A stretch of DNA of 51,461 nt from Candidatus Moanibacter sp. (lineage in GTDB: Bacteria > Verrucomicrobiota > Verrucomicrobiia > Opitutales > UBA2987). Both the position numbers and the translations under genes were made by a program. The notes under the pieces were generated by a model. The model was not told the DNA's origin and ran no database searches. It was given only the letters and a program-made list of their open reading frames with translations. The stretch covers positions 1 through 51,461 of the forward strand of contig CBDCEW010000044.1 of NCBI GenBank assembly GCA_965215885.1, in the 5' to 3' direction. Below, one piece after another: positions 30,001 to 40,857 of the stretch (its first letter is position 1; every line of letters begins with the position of its first letter).

Positions 30001-30357
30001 ATCCACGCTTTCAGATAGGTGGCTCTCCAACTCCATGCTGTCATGCAGCAAGCGTATTATCTCCACAATGCCGGATTCCAACACCTTATAAACAATGAAG
30101 TGCCGTGGTCGTTTAACGATATGTCCGCCGACGACCGCACGTTTGCGACTGTGTCTAAGGTGATAGAGCCTTATTCCTCTTTGAAGTCCTTTGATCTCTC
30201 GGGAACCGCTCAGATCAGGTTTCGCGGCAATCTCTTTGATGGCGGTCGCTATCAGCTTCTGATAGCGCCGCGCCGCGGATTTCCCAAACTTTGCCGCAGA
30301 CCAGGCGATACACTCCTCAACGTCTTGAACCGCATGCCGCGTACTTCTGAATGTCAT
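29998..30357 (-). CDS. parE: ParE/RelE-family toxin
   Basis: A.QD.E.I..W...FG..AA.RY, RPRHFIVY, EIIRLLHDSM; 4-bp overlap with the antitoxin gene. Confidence 0.85.
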   Translation of the reverse strand: MTFRSTRHAVQDVEECIAWSAAKFGKSAARRYQKLIATAIKEIAAKPDLSGSREIKGLQRGIRLYHLRHSRKRAVVGGHIVKRPRHFIVYKVLESGIVEIIRLLHDSMELESHLSESVD

Positions 30358-30662
30358 TCCGCAGGTTCGGCATTCTCCGCTTCCAGACGTGAGATTGCCC
30401 CGTCGAAACAGTCATCCATCATCGCATCGAGTTCTGATTCGCTCGTGATCCTCACAACTCGGCCGGCTTCAACGTCATCGATACCCTTTTGGATTTCCTG
30501 TCGCAGGCGTTCCAATCGCAGTTCTCGCTCTTCTTTTCGTTTGGCAAGCGCAGCCAACGCAGCGCGGTGAACCTCACTCGCATTATTGAATTCTCCATTG
30601 GAAACTTCATCTTTGACGAATTGATCCAGCTCAGGCGTCAAATTTACATTCTGCGTTGGCAT
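30354..30662 (-). CDS. parD: ParD-family ribbon-helix-helix antitoxin
   Basis: NVNLTPELDQFV...V.NGEFNNASEV.RAAL, LRQEIQKG. Confidence 0.88.
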   Translation of the reverse strand: MPTQNVNLTPELDQFVKDEVSNGEFNNASEVHRAALAALAKRKEERELRLERLRQEIQKGIDDVEAGRVVRITSESELDAMMDDCFDGAISRLEAENAEPAE

Positions 30663-30695
30663 ATCCAGATCCTCTCTTCCTCATATATGATCCAA

Positions 30696-30712
30696 TTGGC
30701 AAAGTTTGTCAA
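30696..30712 (-). promoter_or_regulatory. Palindromic operator overlapping a TTGACA -35 box of parDE
   Basis: TTGGCAAAGTTTGTCAA (imperfect palindrome); the minus strand reads TTGACA, 34-50 bp upstream of parD. Confidence 0.45.
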
Positions 30713-30747
30713 TTTCTTCGTACTGAGAATTATGAACCGCGTTTGCG

Positions 30748-31491
30748 TCAAAGCGGTGAAATTTGCTGGCTGGGAATCAGCTGTATTATCCGCTTAGCGA
30801 CAGTGCGAAATGAACCGGCGCGTCGTGGTGGTTCCAGTAACAGTATCACCCGGTTATTTCGCGAGTATTTCAGTTGCCCCTGAAAAACGAGCTTCGGCCC
30901 TTCTACCGTTTCCACCCCGATTGTAGTTGGAATTCCTTCGTCTGAGTACTTTCTCAAACTGTATGGCATGGACGGACCCAGTTTAAATCGCGTAGATTCA
31001 TCTCCCAATCGCCCAACAAGGGTTGCTCCGGTCAGGTTCAAAACTACCATCGTATCCGAGGGAAAAGACTCGAGACTATCATCCATAACGTATACGAGAA
31101 ACTCCCGAACAGCATCTGGACCCCCTCTTGCAGGAATTGCCACAAAGAAAAAGAGGCATTCCCGAAACCCCTTCGGAACGATAACTCTTCCAACCTCCTT
31201 CCGCACGGAAACTTTAGGAGTTTCGTGTGCAAGTGACGGATACTCTCGAAAAAATATAATCGGATTCGGACCTCGATAGGATATCAACGAGGATCGTCGA
31301 TTCTTTCTGAACGCTAAAGATTTCACGTTACCCGGCCCGGCCTCTACTCTTATATCCTCCCAGTTCCCGTTCCCACTCGAAAATACCCGGAATGCGATAT
31401 CAAGCATGTCAGGCTGATCCCGTCCGGACAGCTCCAAAGGAAAGGTCCACAAAGATGGAAGGAAGATCAGATATCCGAAGCGTCTAACCAT
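30748..31491 (-). CDS. Hypothetical exported protein, companion of the PilX-like gene
   Basis: 247-aa ORF with signal-like start, overlapping the upstream stop. Confidence 0.7.
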   Translation of the reverse strand: MVRRFGYLIFLPSLWTFPLELSGRDQPDMLDIAFRVFSSGNGNWEDIRVEAGPGNVKSLAFRKNRRSSLISYRGPNPIIFFREYPSLAHETPKVSVRKEVGRVIVPKGFRECLFFFVAIPARGGPDAVREFLVYVMDDSLESFPSDTMVVLNLTGATLVGRLGDESTRFKLGPSMPYSLRKYSDEGIPTTIGVETVEGPKLVFQGQLKYSRNNRVILLLEPPRRAGSFRTVAKRIIQLIPSQQISPL

Positions 31492-32919
31492 CGGAAGTAT
31501 AGTAGCTTGAATCGTCGTCCGAATGAATCGGCCTTGGCCATAATGTCCCCTTCAATGCCATCTACGAGGGTGGGCACTCTTTGCGCTAGGGCTTCACACC
31601 AGGCCCGTCCCTCGATCTCTCCCGTAACTCGATTCTGAGTATCACCGTAAGCGCGTATGAGGAACGTGTCCGAGCGGGTCGAAGCAAAAGAAGCAATCGA
31701 ACCGACAACATCGGCCTGGCTCAGGAAAGCTGTGGCATGACGGGGAATACGATTTGAAGGCGGGCTATTCAAGTAATTCAATTCCTGCAGGGAGTTGATC
31801 GAGGTCGCATCGATTGCCTCCTGAAGCGGACCCGCATCTCCTCCAGAGGGATCGTTTAAAAACTCCTTGATCGATCTGAACGGCTCACCCCTTGCGCGTA
31901 TTCTATCTACTATCTTTTCCGCAAGCTGGCCGACTTCCTCATCGGTTAATTCGCGTACTCCTAAACTCCAGCTCGGAGCAAACTCCGTTGCCGGATTGTC
32001 CTGTTCAAGTTTCAGTTTGAACCACTCTCTCTTTTGCTCATTCGATATCGCTGGGTAGCCCGAAAAATACTCCGCGGGATATTTTACCAGCTCATCTCCA
32101 AATGAACGGCGACTCACGTTGCGATCAGCCCCAAAAGGAAGGCGAAAAAATGCGTTCCAGAGACGGCCGCGCATTTTTACTTCACCATTACTGTTGCGGT
32201 ATTCCCAATTCCTCAGGTTGCTGGACGAGAGCAACGCTTTCCATGCCGACAGTGATGTGGAATTTATGTTGAATGCTCCAGAAATCAAAAAGTGCCGGGC
32301 TGAATCCTCTGATCTCAAGTCATCCAAAGTGAGATTCCGTTCGGGATCAAAGAGTACGAGACGCGAATTTGACAAGGGGGCGGTACCCAACTCCGGTCCT
32401 TCCGGCAGCTCCTGCCCGGGCTTCCAACTCTCGCTCTCTCGGGGAACCGTCGAGAAAAAGTAACGATCATAGACCTCATTCCTGATCCCTCCCCACGAAT
32501 TTCCAATGCTGAGGGGACGAACTCCATTAATGGCAAGATGCTGGAGCGCGCCAACCGATATCGGATTCTGTGAAGGCAGATCGAAAAGCCTGAAATAGTT
32601 GCGCTTGAGAAAATGACCGCCAAAGAACTCCTCCCACCTGAAATCTTCCTCAATCGAACTCGGCTCATAAACCTCGATCAAATCGGCTACCAGAGTACGT
32701 CTTTCCCCATCCGTGTCCTGAAAGTCAAATTGAAGACTGCGCGGATCCATTCTGGACGACCGCAACTGAACATCGGAGATCTCATCAAGAAACCGAATTC
32801 TGAATCGCACCGGATAATCGCTCAGGCTTACTCGGCTGGCAGAGTCGACAAATGCATTCTTGTTCAACTCATCAGTATCGGGAACTTTCTCAAAGGGCAC
32901 ATTCTTGAAAATCTGAAGT

Positions 32920-33488
32920 CACTACTGTCCGGTTGTTTTTCTAGGAACGCAGGTTAATCGATTGATAACCAACATTTTACATATGATTTCTGCTGTTTTC
33001 GACTTGAAATTGCAAAAAGCCTTGTGGACTCTCAAAAATTTCGAGGGTCCAAATCATGTATACAGGTCGATTCGTTTTTTCTCAAATCATAGATTATCTT
33101 CCGCGCCATCAGTTCCATCGTTGCGTCCAACGCTACGGAGGCGCCTACAAAGTTCAAAAGTTCAGTTGCTTCGAACAATTTCTCTGCATGGGTTTTGCCG
33201 AGTTGACCTACCGGGAGAGTCTGCGCGACACCGAAACCTGCCTGCGGGCAGTACAACCAAAACTATACCACGCATCCATTCTGCTCGACGATGCCAACGA
33301 GAAACGAGACTGCGCATCGGAGATCTCATCGCAATCCATTCAAACGAGGATCTGGGCATCGACCGATACGCTCTTCTGGACTCCACCACGATCGATCTAC
33401 CACTCTTCCCGTGGGCACGTTTCCGCAAGCACAAGGGGGCGCTGAAGGCATACGCTTCTCGGCTCAGAGGCTCTATCCCTTATTTTAT
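32920..33488 (+). mobile_element. IS4-family (DUF4372-type) left-end fragment
   Basis: End CACTACTGTCCGGTT; transposase start 33056 MYTGRFVFSQIIDYLP...QFLCMGFAELTYRESLRD; degenerate DSTTIDL. No right end. Flanked by an 80-bp direct repeat. Confidence 0.8.
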
Positions 33489-33746
33489 CAGAGTCGACAA
33501 ATGCATTCTTGTTCAACTCATCAGTATCGGGAACTTTCTCAAAGGGCACATTCTTGAAAATCTGAAGTATATTGTCATTTCGATCCAGAACCTCGATATG
33601 GACATTGCTCGCTTCCATCGAATAGAATATAAAGTCGTCGCCTCTGTCGGAGGGGGTGGCATCGGAATCTCCCAATTCCATGAGGGGTGATAGTAGTCGG
33701 TTCGACCATTGGCTTCCCAAACAGTACTCCAGAAGCTTTGAAACGC

Positions 33747-34738
33747 ACTTCTCCGGCTTTCATGGTATCCGAGAAATCCACATCGAAGTGGGGATTCAGA
33801 GTATCGAATTCCACCGTTTTCACCTGATTTCTAAAGGTTTGGGTTCCATCCTCAGTCACTGTGAAGTATCGACTCGCGCACAAAGCGTAGGGTGACATCG
33901 GGAAGGTCCTTGAAGCGGATCTTCGCTTCCGGAGTATCTTCCTCTCCCGAAAACGCCAAAGGCAGGCTGTAGTCGGTGTCATGTTGGCAAAAGTCATGTT
34001 GCGACCTCTTGCTTGCGCCTTTTAATCAGTAGCCGGATAAGGTCTTACTAGTGGACCGAGCCCTGCATTACGAGCGCTAGCGAGAAATATCCCGATATTG
34101 TTACCTGTCTTACGCTTCCGGAAAGCCGCCACGTATAAAATCAGCTCCGTCGGAATAATCGGAGTGGTGAAATGCGGATCGCCAACTCCTATTCGGGAGA
34201 TCAGTTTGCACAAAATCCTACCAGCTCCCTTCGATCTGCGTCGTAATATTCCGAATCGATTCCGACAATTTCGAGCTTGTCATTCGGCATTTGACCGATT
34301 TCGCAGAAACTTCTCCGGCTTTCATGGTATCCGAGAAATCCACATCGAAGTGGGGATTCAGAGTATCGAATTCCACCGTTTTCACCTGATTTCTAAAGGT
34401 TTGGGTTCCATCCTCAGTCACTGTGAAGTAGCGTAGGGTGACATCGCTTGAAGCGGATCTTCTCCGGAGTATCTTCCTCTCCCGAAAACGCCAAAGGCAG
34501 GCTGTAGGGTGTCCAAAAGTCCCCTCTTGCAGCGAGAAATATCCCGATATTGTTACCTGTCTTACGCTTCCGGAAAGCCGCCACGTATAAAATCAGCTCC
34601 GTCGGAATAATCGGAGTGGTGAAATGCGGATCACCAACTCCTATTCCTACCAGCTCCCTTCGATCTGCGTCGTAATATTCCGAATCGATTCCGACAATTT
34701 CGAGCTTGTCATTCGCATTTGACCGATTTCGCAGAAAC
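33747..34738. repeat. Imperfect tandem duplication within the PilX-like gene
   Basis: 33747-33868 equals 34309-34430 (122 bp). 33869-34310 is an insertion-riddled copy of 34431-34738. Confidence 0.85.
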
Positions 34739-35886
34739 CGTTGCGCTGCCTCGTTAATCGGTACCGGCCCGCTTGAGTCCTGATAGCCCGGATCGCTCAG
34801 ATCTCTTTTCAGTCCTCCCCTTTCGGGATCCGTCAACACTCCGACCGCCAGACGCGTGATATCGAAATACGCCTCTTTCAGCTCTTCGGGAGAAATTCCG
34901 TCGACAAATTGAAAATCACCCGCGCTTTTCGATTTCGTCAATGCTTTCGCCGTCTCAAGAAAATTCCCGTTACCCTCCGACACGCTGGGCGCAAAAGGAT
35001 CATAATAGTCGCCGCCGAATACTCTTACCAATCCAAACGAACCGGAAGCTAACTGCTTGTTTCGCTGAATCACGAGCGGACTGTATACCGAGGCATCGAG
35101 AAAGCTCGTCTTATCAATCTGGGCAACACTCGCCTTTAACCCTTCGTCACTTACCCAGTATGCGTAATGTCCCCGCCCGCCTGACGCATTCGACGCCTCT
35201 CCAGGTGGTCGACTACCAAAAATCGGCATCTTACTTACACGAACTTCCTTGTTTGCTGTATTTTCTCCCACCAACACCGTGTCTCCGGGAGTAGCGGTGG
35301 GATCGACCGATATTTTCCGTTCCGTTCCGGAGACCAGCCACACCACTGTATCCGCACTGCCCTCATCCGCGGGCCAGACACCGGTCCAGTAAGGATTTGC
35401 CATGTCCTCACCGAGAATCTCCGCCCGTGCCGTAGCCCTTTGATCGGGTCCCACGTTTCTCTGCAATTCTCCCAATGCAATCTGGAGACCAAGAAGCGCG
35501 TTCTGCTGCGCCGTAAATTGTTTTCTCGCCGTCCCCGCGGCACTGATCTCGATCTTGCTGAGGGTAGACAAACTAACCAATAACATGACGAGGAAAGCCA
35601 TTAACGCGAGGGCGAGAATGAGCGCGAATCCCCGCCTCCTTCCGCCGCTACTAGCTCCCATTCTATGACCCGTCACCTCATCGTGCCATGTCCACCCTCG
35701 CATCGTCTATCCACCTCGTCCTCGTTCTCGTCCCAATCCAAACTCGTAATCATAATCTGCGGTTCGACCAGGATTACTCTCCCAAACTTCATCGTAAGCC
35801 TCGTCGTAAACTTCGTCGGTACTACTCTTCACCACGTGCTTCTCGGGCCGCTGGAAGGAGACTCACACTTTCCGGAAGATTTCGAC

Positions 35887-36168
35887 TAACCCGAAACTCC
35901 CACGTATATGTTTAACGTGCCCTTGATTGCTGGCTGCCCCGGTCTTGTGCCGGGGTGGCGCACGTTTCTTGCTACACACCGGATGCTTCCCCGACCCCCC
36001 GCCCGTCCCTCCTCGCCCTATTGCGGCCGGAATAGGGCGAGGAGGGACGGGCGGGGGGTGTGCGGTGCTATTCACTTATTTTAGCAGTATAGCGTGCGCC
36101 ACTCCGGCACAAGACCGGGGCAGCCTCAGAAACGCTAAACGTGTACAATCTCACAGATTTTCGGGTTA
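35887..36168. repeat. Nested element: family C-like ends > family A > perfect 29-bp inverted repeat
   Basis: TAACCCGAAA...TTTTCGGGTTA; family A arms at 35904-36146; perfect arms at 35994-36022/36031-36059. Confidence 0.78.
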
Positions 36169-36182
36169 ACAGGGAAGCATTC

Positions 36183-38747
36183 TCAGGGCTTTACGACGAG
36201 TTTGACGCATTTTTCGGGTGAGAAGTGTTCGAGGCCGAAGCGTTGAAGGTCATCTGCCGTAACACTGTCTATTCGCTCGTCATATTGCTTCCAATCGTTT
36301 ACCGGCAATCCGTAAATGGCGTTGAGCGCAGCCTGCATTGCACAATAACCAATGGTTTGAAGACCCATGCGCTTCTGCGCTTTCAAACGGCTTTGGCATC
36401 TTTTTAGTTCTTCCTCGCTGACCCTTCCTTCCTGAATTCGCTTAATTTCGAGACCGAATTCTTCGAAGACATCGTCGACAGCTCCGGGATGCGTTCCCGC
36501 ATAGAAATAAAACATGCCGGTATCGACTCCGGACATGCGCGTAGCGCCCACGAAATAAGCGAGGCTGCGTCTTTCACGCACCTGCAAAAACAGTTCTCCC
36601 GACATCTCACTGAGCAGCTCCACCAGCAATTCCCCGTGATGATATTCCCCCTCTGTTATACCCGTATCCGGATACGCCTGAAACACGACCGCCTGCTCTC
36701 GATCGAGATGCTCTTCGAATTCACCTGTCTTCGGAGGCCCCTCAAATCCGGGATTTTGAACATTGAAAGGCCTCTCCGGCAGCTTCTCCAACAACTCGCC
36801 AAAGCGCGAAACATGAGCTTCCCGGTCGAATTGTCCCGCTACACTGAAAACGACGTTCGAACCTGTAATCAACTTTGCATACTGGTCTCTTACCATAGCC
36901 TCATCCAATTCATTGAGAGACTCTATGGTCCCATAAGAATCGGTATTATACGGGTGTTCACCGAAAAATAGCTTTCGTAATCGTCTCTTCCCGACTTCAA
37001 CGATCTCGTCCATATCCTCTCGCAGAGACGCAACCTGTGCATCCCTCTCCTGCTCAAACGTCTCCTTCTTGAAGGAGGGCAATAGCAACGCAGCCTCAAG
37101 CAACTCGAGGGCGAGATCGATATCCTGAGGCATAACTTCGAGGGATAATCCGAAGGTATTGTTTCCCGCAAACTCGCCTAATGTCCCTCCAACTTCCTCG
37201 ATCGCTTCTGCAACCTCCGCCGCATTTCGCATCTCTGTGTCTCGCGTCAACAAGGTCGCGAGAATCCCCGTTACTCCACGTTGTGACGTATCCTCATACA
37301 AAGGACCTCCTCGTGCCACCACTCGCAGGTTTACCTTTGGCAATCGATCATCGCGATAAAACAGTAGTCGTGCCTTATTCGAGAGACTGATCGACTCGAA
37401 ATCAGCGCTTACCGCGCCGCCCGAAGAAAGGATCCGTCTTCCATGGGAGGAATGCCTTCCGTTCAGGGAGACTGCGGTCAGCCGTTCCAGGGTGAGATAA
37501 GAATAAATATGACCGACAAGCGCTTCCGCCGTCACTCCATGAAGACGACGAAAGTAATTCCTCGGATATCCGATATCGCCCACCACGACTTCTGACAGGC
37601 CGAGACGGGAGGCCTGACCACTCATCGTCTTCCGAATGTTCACTTCGCCGACCAGGGCTTGTCTTTTCGCCTTCTCTAAGTGCCGTGAAGAGAGACCCTG
37701 GCGGGCGATTTTGGCAATCTCCTCAAGTATCCCGGCCTGAGCGGCCTCTCTCTTGTCCTCATCGCACAAATACGAAATCCAGAACAATCCACTGCTCGCT
37801 GGGCACCAACTGCTTGCCTCAATGTAGTGTACCAGTTTTTTCTCATCCCTTAGACGCTTCCAAAGAAGCGAACTGTTGCCCCCTCCCAAAACTGCTGCCA
37901 GCATATCGATGGCGGGAGCGTCCGGATGCGTAAGCCCGCGGCTCTTGAACCCCAATCCGCCTCGGCAGATATTCACCTCATCGACGATGTGTTCTTCACG
38001 CATGGCCAGTTGCGAGGGTTCCTCAACGATATATGGCGATGCCAGACGACGACGCGTGAAATTCCCAAATGTATCACCTATCAGGGAGCGCAGTGTCGCA
38101 CTTTCGAAATCGCCCACCACCACTAACACCACGTTATTCGAAACATAACGTGACTTGTAATAGCCACCCAGGTCGTCTAGGTTTACCGTCTCAAACACCT
38201 CCCGATGTCCGATAACCGGGTACTGGTAGGGATGTTGGCGGTAGGCGTTGCGAAAAAGCGCCCTTGATACGGTACGATCGGGATCGTCCATTGACATGTC
38301 GATCTCACGCAATATCACTTCTTTCTCTTTCTCCACTTCCTCACCAGGAAGGGTTGAATTGAAGGTCGCATCAGCCAGAACATCGATCGCCAGCGATACT
38401 GATTCGCTCGGTAGATCTATGTAAAAGACGGTGTGATCAAACGTGGTGTAGGCATTGATGTAACCTCCCGCGGCCTGAACCTCGCGGCTGATCTCGGAAC
38501 CTTCTCTCTTCTCCGTTCCCTTGAACAACATATGCTCGAGAAAGTGGGAGAGTCCGGCGCCGAGATTTTCGCCTTCATGGATACTGCCTGTCTTTACCCA
38601 GACTTGCGCCGAAACGAGCTTACTCGAATGGTCCTCCCGAAGCAGGACGGTCACGCCATTCGGTAAAACAAATCGCTCGATCTCTTCCTCAAACAACCGC
38701 TCCAGCAAGGGAGGAAGGTCGTCGGTCTCTTTCCATTTCTCCGCCAT
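36183..38747 (-). CDS. M16-family zinc protease (pitrilysin-like, tandem)
   Basis: GLSHFLEHMLFKGT (HxxEH), INAYT, a second degenerate M16 half. Confidence 0.92.
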   Translation of the reverse strand: MAEKWKETDDLPPLLERLFEEEIERFVLPNGVTVLLREDHSSKLVSAQVWVKTGSIHEGENLGAGLSHFLEHMLFKGTEKREGSEISREVQAAGGYINAYTTFDHTVFYIDLPSESVSLAIDVLADATFNSTLPGEEVEKEKEVILREIDMSMDDPDRTVSRALFRNAYRQHPYQYPVIGHREVFETVNLDDLGGYYKSRYVSNNVVLVVVGDFESATLRSLIGDTFGNFTRRRLASPYIVEEPSQLAMREEHIVDEVNICRGGLGFKSRGLTHPDAPAIDMLAAVLGGGNSSLLWKRLRDEKKLVHYIEASSWCPASSGLFWISYLCDEDKREAAQAGILEEIAKIARQGLSSRHLEKAKRQALVGEVNIRKTMSGQASRLGLSEVVVGDIGYPRNYFRRLHGVTAEALVGHIYSYLTLERLTAVSLNGRHSSHGRRILSSGGAVSADFESISLSNKARLLFYRDDRLPKVNLRVVARGGPLYEDTSQRGVTGILATLLTRDTEMRNAAEVAEAIEEVGGTLGEFAGNNTFGLSLEVMPQDIDLALELLEAALLLPSFKKETFEQERDAQVASLREDMDEIVEVGKRRLRKLFFGEHPYNTDSYGTIESLNELDEAMVRDQYAKLITGSNVVFSVAGQFDREAHVSRFGELLEKLPERPFNVQNPGFEGPPKTGEFEEHLDREQAVVFQAYPDTGITEGEYHHGELLVELLSEMSGELFLQVRERRSLAYFVGATRMSGVDTGMFYFYAGTHPGAVDDVFEEFGLEIKRIQEGRVSEEELKRCQSRLKAQKRMGLQTIGYCAMQAALNAIYGLPVNDWKQYDERIDSVTADDLQRFGLEHFSPEKCVKLVVKP

Positions 38748-38874
38748 TTTTTCTCCACAACCATCACGCCAAACATGCATCTGCCGTAGGGAAGAACGGC
38801 GGCAAGCGTGCTGTTTCTCCCGTCGAGCGGAACACCGCCCGCTGCACTCTAATCAAAATCGTGAAATTTCCAGA

Positions 38875-39333
38875 CTACCCTCTAAGCTCCTCCGCTGAAG
38901 AACCCCTTTCCTTGTTTTCCGATCTTCCCCTTTCATACGCTCTCTTAAGCCGTTCGGGTAGAAACGGTTCCGCAAAAGCTTCGTGGAAACTATACTTCAA
39001 TTCAAAATCCTCTTTGTTGTCGTTCTCCGTTTTGCCGAAAACACCGTACTCCACCAGATTGAAGACAATCTCGCCGAAATCAGTGCATTCTTGGATGCCC
39101 CAATGATCAAAAAGCGTCAAAGTCATGGGCCCGAATTGGTCGAGAGCATATTCGCGAATCCCATCCAGCAACTCGCCACCGGAAACATGGTTACTCTTCT
39201 TTCTCACTTTCCCCCGAAAGCCCTTGAGAGTATAATCCAAAGCCTTTCGTACAAAGTAATACGCCCCTTTATTGTATCGCGGGTCCTCTTTTACGATCAG
39301 TTCGACAACTTCTGAAAAGTCCTTACCGTTCAT
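38875..39333 (-). CDS. Minf_1886-family (PVC-associated) protein
   Basis: DPRY..AY.FV..AL, HVSG.EL..GIREYAL.QFGPM, WGI..C.DFGEIVFNLVE. Confidence 0.75.
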   Translation of the reverse strand: MNGKDFSEVVELIVKEDPRYNKGAYYFVRKALDYTLKGFRGKVRKKSNHVSGGELLDGIREYALDQFGPMTLTLFDHWGIQECTDFGEIVFNLVEYGVFGKTENDNKEDFELKYSFHEAFAEPFLPERLKRAYERGRSENKERGSSAEELRG

Positions 39334-39786
39334 CGATCTTAACTCCTACTGACCTTCGCAACTTTCTTTCTGTTCAGTCAACTTCTTTGACGGCAATGTT
39401 TCTTGATCAAACGTGACCATAATCGTGATCTAAAATCGCAATTGCGATGACGATGACGATCCGCGAGTGGAAGATCCCCTCCTGGGAGTGGACCTCAATA
39501 AACTACTACCCAAAGGAAAGATCCCCTCCTGGGAGGGGCCAGGGGTGGGTTCTTCCCAAGCCGCTCTTCACCTCAACAAACCATTGGAAAAGCAGCCTCC
39601 CTGGACAGAGATTGTGTAAAAGCTCACCCAATCGGCTCGAAGATCCGAAGCGTGCGGCGATCCGGCTACCATTGACAACGATCAACATTGTATTAGTAGC
39701 TGGACCCCGGCACGCCGGGGTTCAGTTCCTGTGACACAGCCTGGCAAGAAACGGGTGGAAGGGACTATTTAATAGCGATTCCAACT

Positions 39787-39810
39787 GTAGCCGCGTCCGC
39801 AAGGGCGCGG
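39787..39810 (+). repeat. GTAG REP singlet
   Basis: GTAG-CCGCGTCC-GCAA-GGGCGCGG; same design as 49888-49911. Confidence 0.6.
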
Positions 39811-39900
39811 GAGCGAGCCCGAAAAGGTTGACTGCCCGGACATTCTTGATTGGAATTCAAAGGGCACTCGCCGGCGGGAACGAACTGAAACGATCGAAAA

Positions 39901-40857
39901 ATGGGTAAGTCTCTCTCCTGCAAATCCACATGCCCGGACGATTTACGCGACGCCCTTAATAGTCCGGTTCCGTCGATTCGAACGCCGTTCACGGCAGACG
40001 GAGAGATCGATTTCGATGGAGTCCGGTCGCAAGTGGACTTCCTCCTCGAAGGTGGGGCAAGGACACTCATGCTGACGGGAGGCGACAGCCTGCATACGCT
40101 GCTGACCGACGACGAGGTGGCGGAATTGGCGCGGGTCGTGATCGAACACAACCGAGGCAGAGCGAAAATCATCGCGGCGGACAAGGCATGGGCGACACCA
40201 AAGGCCGTGGCCTACGCGGAGTACTGTGCCCGGATCGGCGCTGACCTGCTCATGCTTTCTCCCCCGGACTGGGGGGCGTCGACCACCCCGGATTCCCTTG
40301 TCCGGCACTTTAACGAAGTCGGCCGACATATTCCAACCATGCTCGTCACCGCCTTTTTCAAGCAGGCCGGTGTTTTCGGAGCCCGGCCCCCCACCTTCCA
40401 ATTGGATGTTATTCGAAATCTCTTTGAGCGCGCTCCCAACCAGATCGCCGTAAAAGATGATATACTCGGCGAAGCCGGGTTCAGCCTGTGTATGATGACG
40501 CACCATCGATGGGCCATTGTCTCGGGTGGTTTCATGGCGAATCACATGCTGCAGGTCCCCTACGGGGTGGACGGTTACCTGTGCCTGCTTATGAGCTATA
40601 AGCCGGAAATTGCATGGCAGTATTTCAACGCCGTGCAGGATCAGGATTTTTCTATTGCATGGAAAATCATCCGTGAGGTTGAGAGGCCACTGCGAGATTT
40701 GATGAATACTTTTGAAGGCGGATTCAACACTGTAGTCCATGGAATGGCGGAACTCTACGGCATCAATTGCCGCTTTCTACGCCCCCCCTACCACACCATG
40801 ACCGATGCCCAGATGGAGAAGCTTGCCGACTCCCTCAAAGCCATGAAACTGCTGTAG
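39901..40857 (+). CDS. Dihydrodipicolinate synthase-family (class I aldolase-like) protein
   Basis: TPFTADGEIDF, LTDDE, GADLLML.PP, HF..V, AVKDD (Schiff-base Lys). Lacks the canonical GTTGE. Confidence 0.8.
   Translation: MGKSLSCKSTCPDDLRDALNSPVPSIRTPFTADGEIDFDGVRSQVDFLLEGGARTLMLTGGDSLHTLLTDDEVAELARVVIEHNRGRAKIIAADKAWATPKAVAYAEYCARIGADLLMLSPPDWGASTTPDSLVRHFNEVGRHIPTMLVTAFFKQAGVFGARPPTFQLDVIRNLFERAPNQIAVKDDILGEAGFSLCMMTHHRWAIVSGGFMANHMLQVPYGVDGYLCLLMSYKPEIAWQYFNAVQDQDFSIAWKIIREVERPLRDLMNTFEGGFNTVVHGMAELYGINCRFLRPPYHTMTDAQMEKLADSLKAMKLL

Larger units (their letters stand above)
31467..35661 (-). pseudogene. Large PilX-like / Verru_Chthon cassette A-like protein, split in this assembly
   Basis: Prepilin-like RRGFALILAL, GPDQRATARAEI, NPYWTGVW, YWVSDEG; C-terminal RSDTFLIRAYG..RAWCEA..FGRRF..FRWL. 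Interrupted by an IS fragment and duplications at 32840-34738. Confidence 0.75.

Noticed and set aside
32962..33690. 242-aa ORF as a real gene
   Set aside because: It is a chimera of an off-frame IS fragment and antisense of the PilX-like gene.
39943..40740. 265-aa antisense ORF (and similar shadow ORFs throughout)
   Set aside because: It lies opposite a well-supported gene and has no recognisable motifs.
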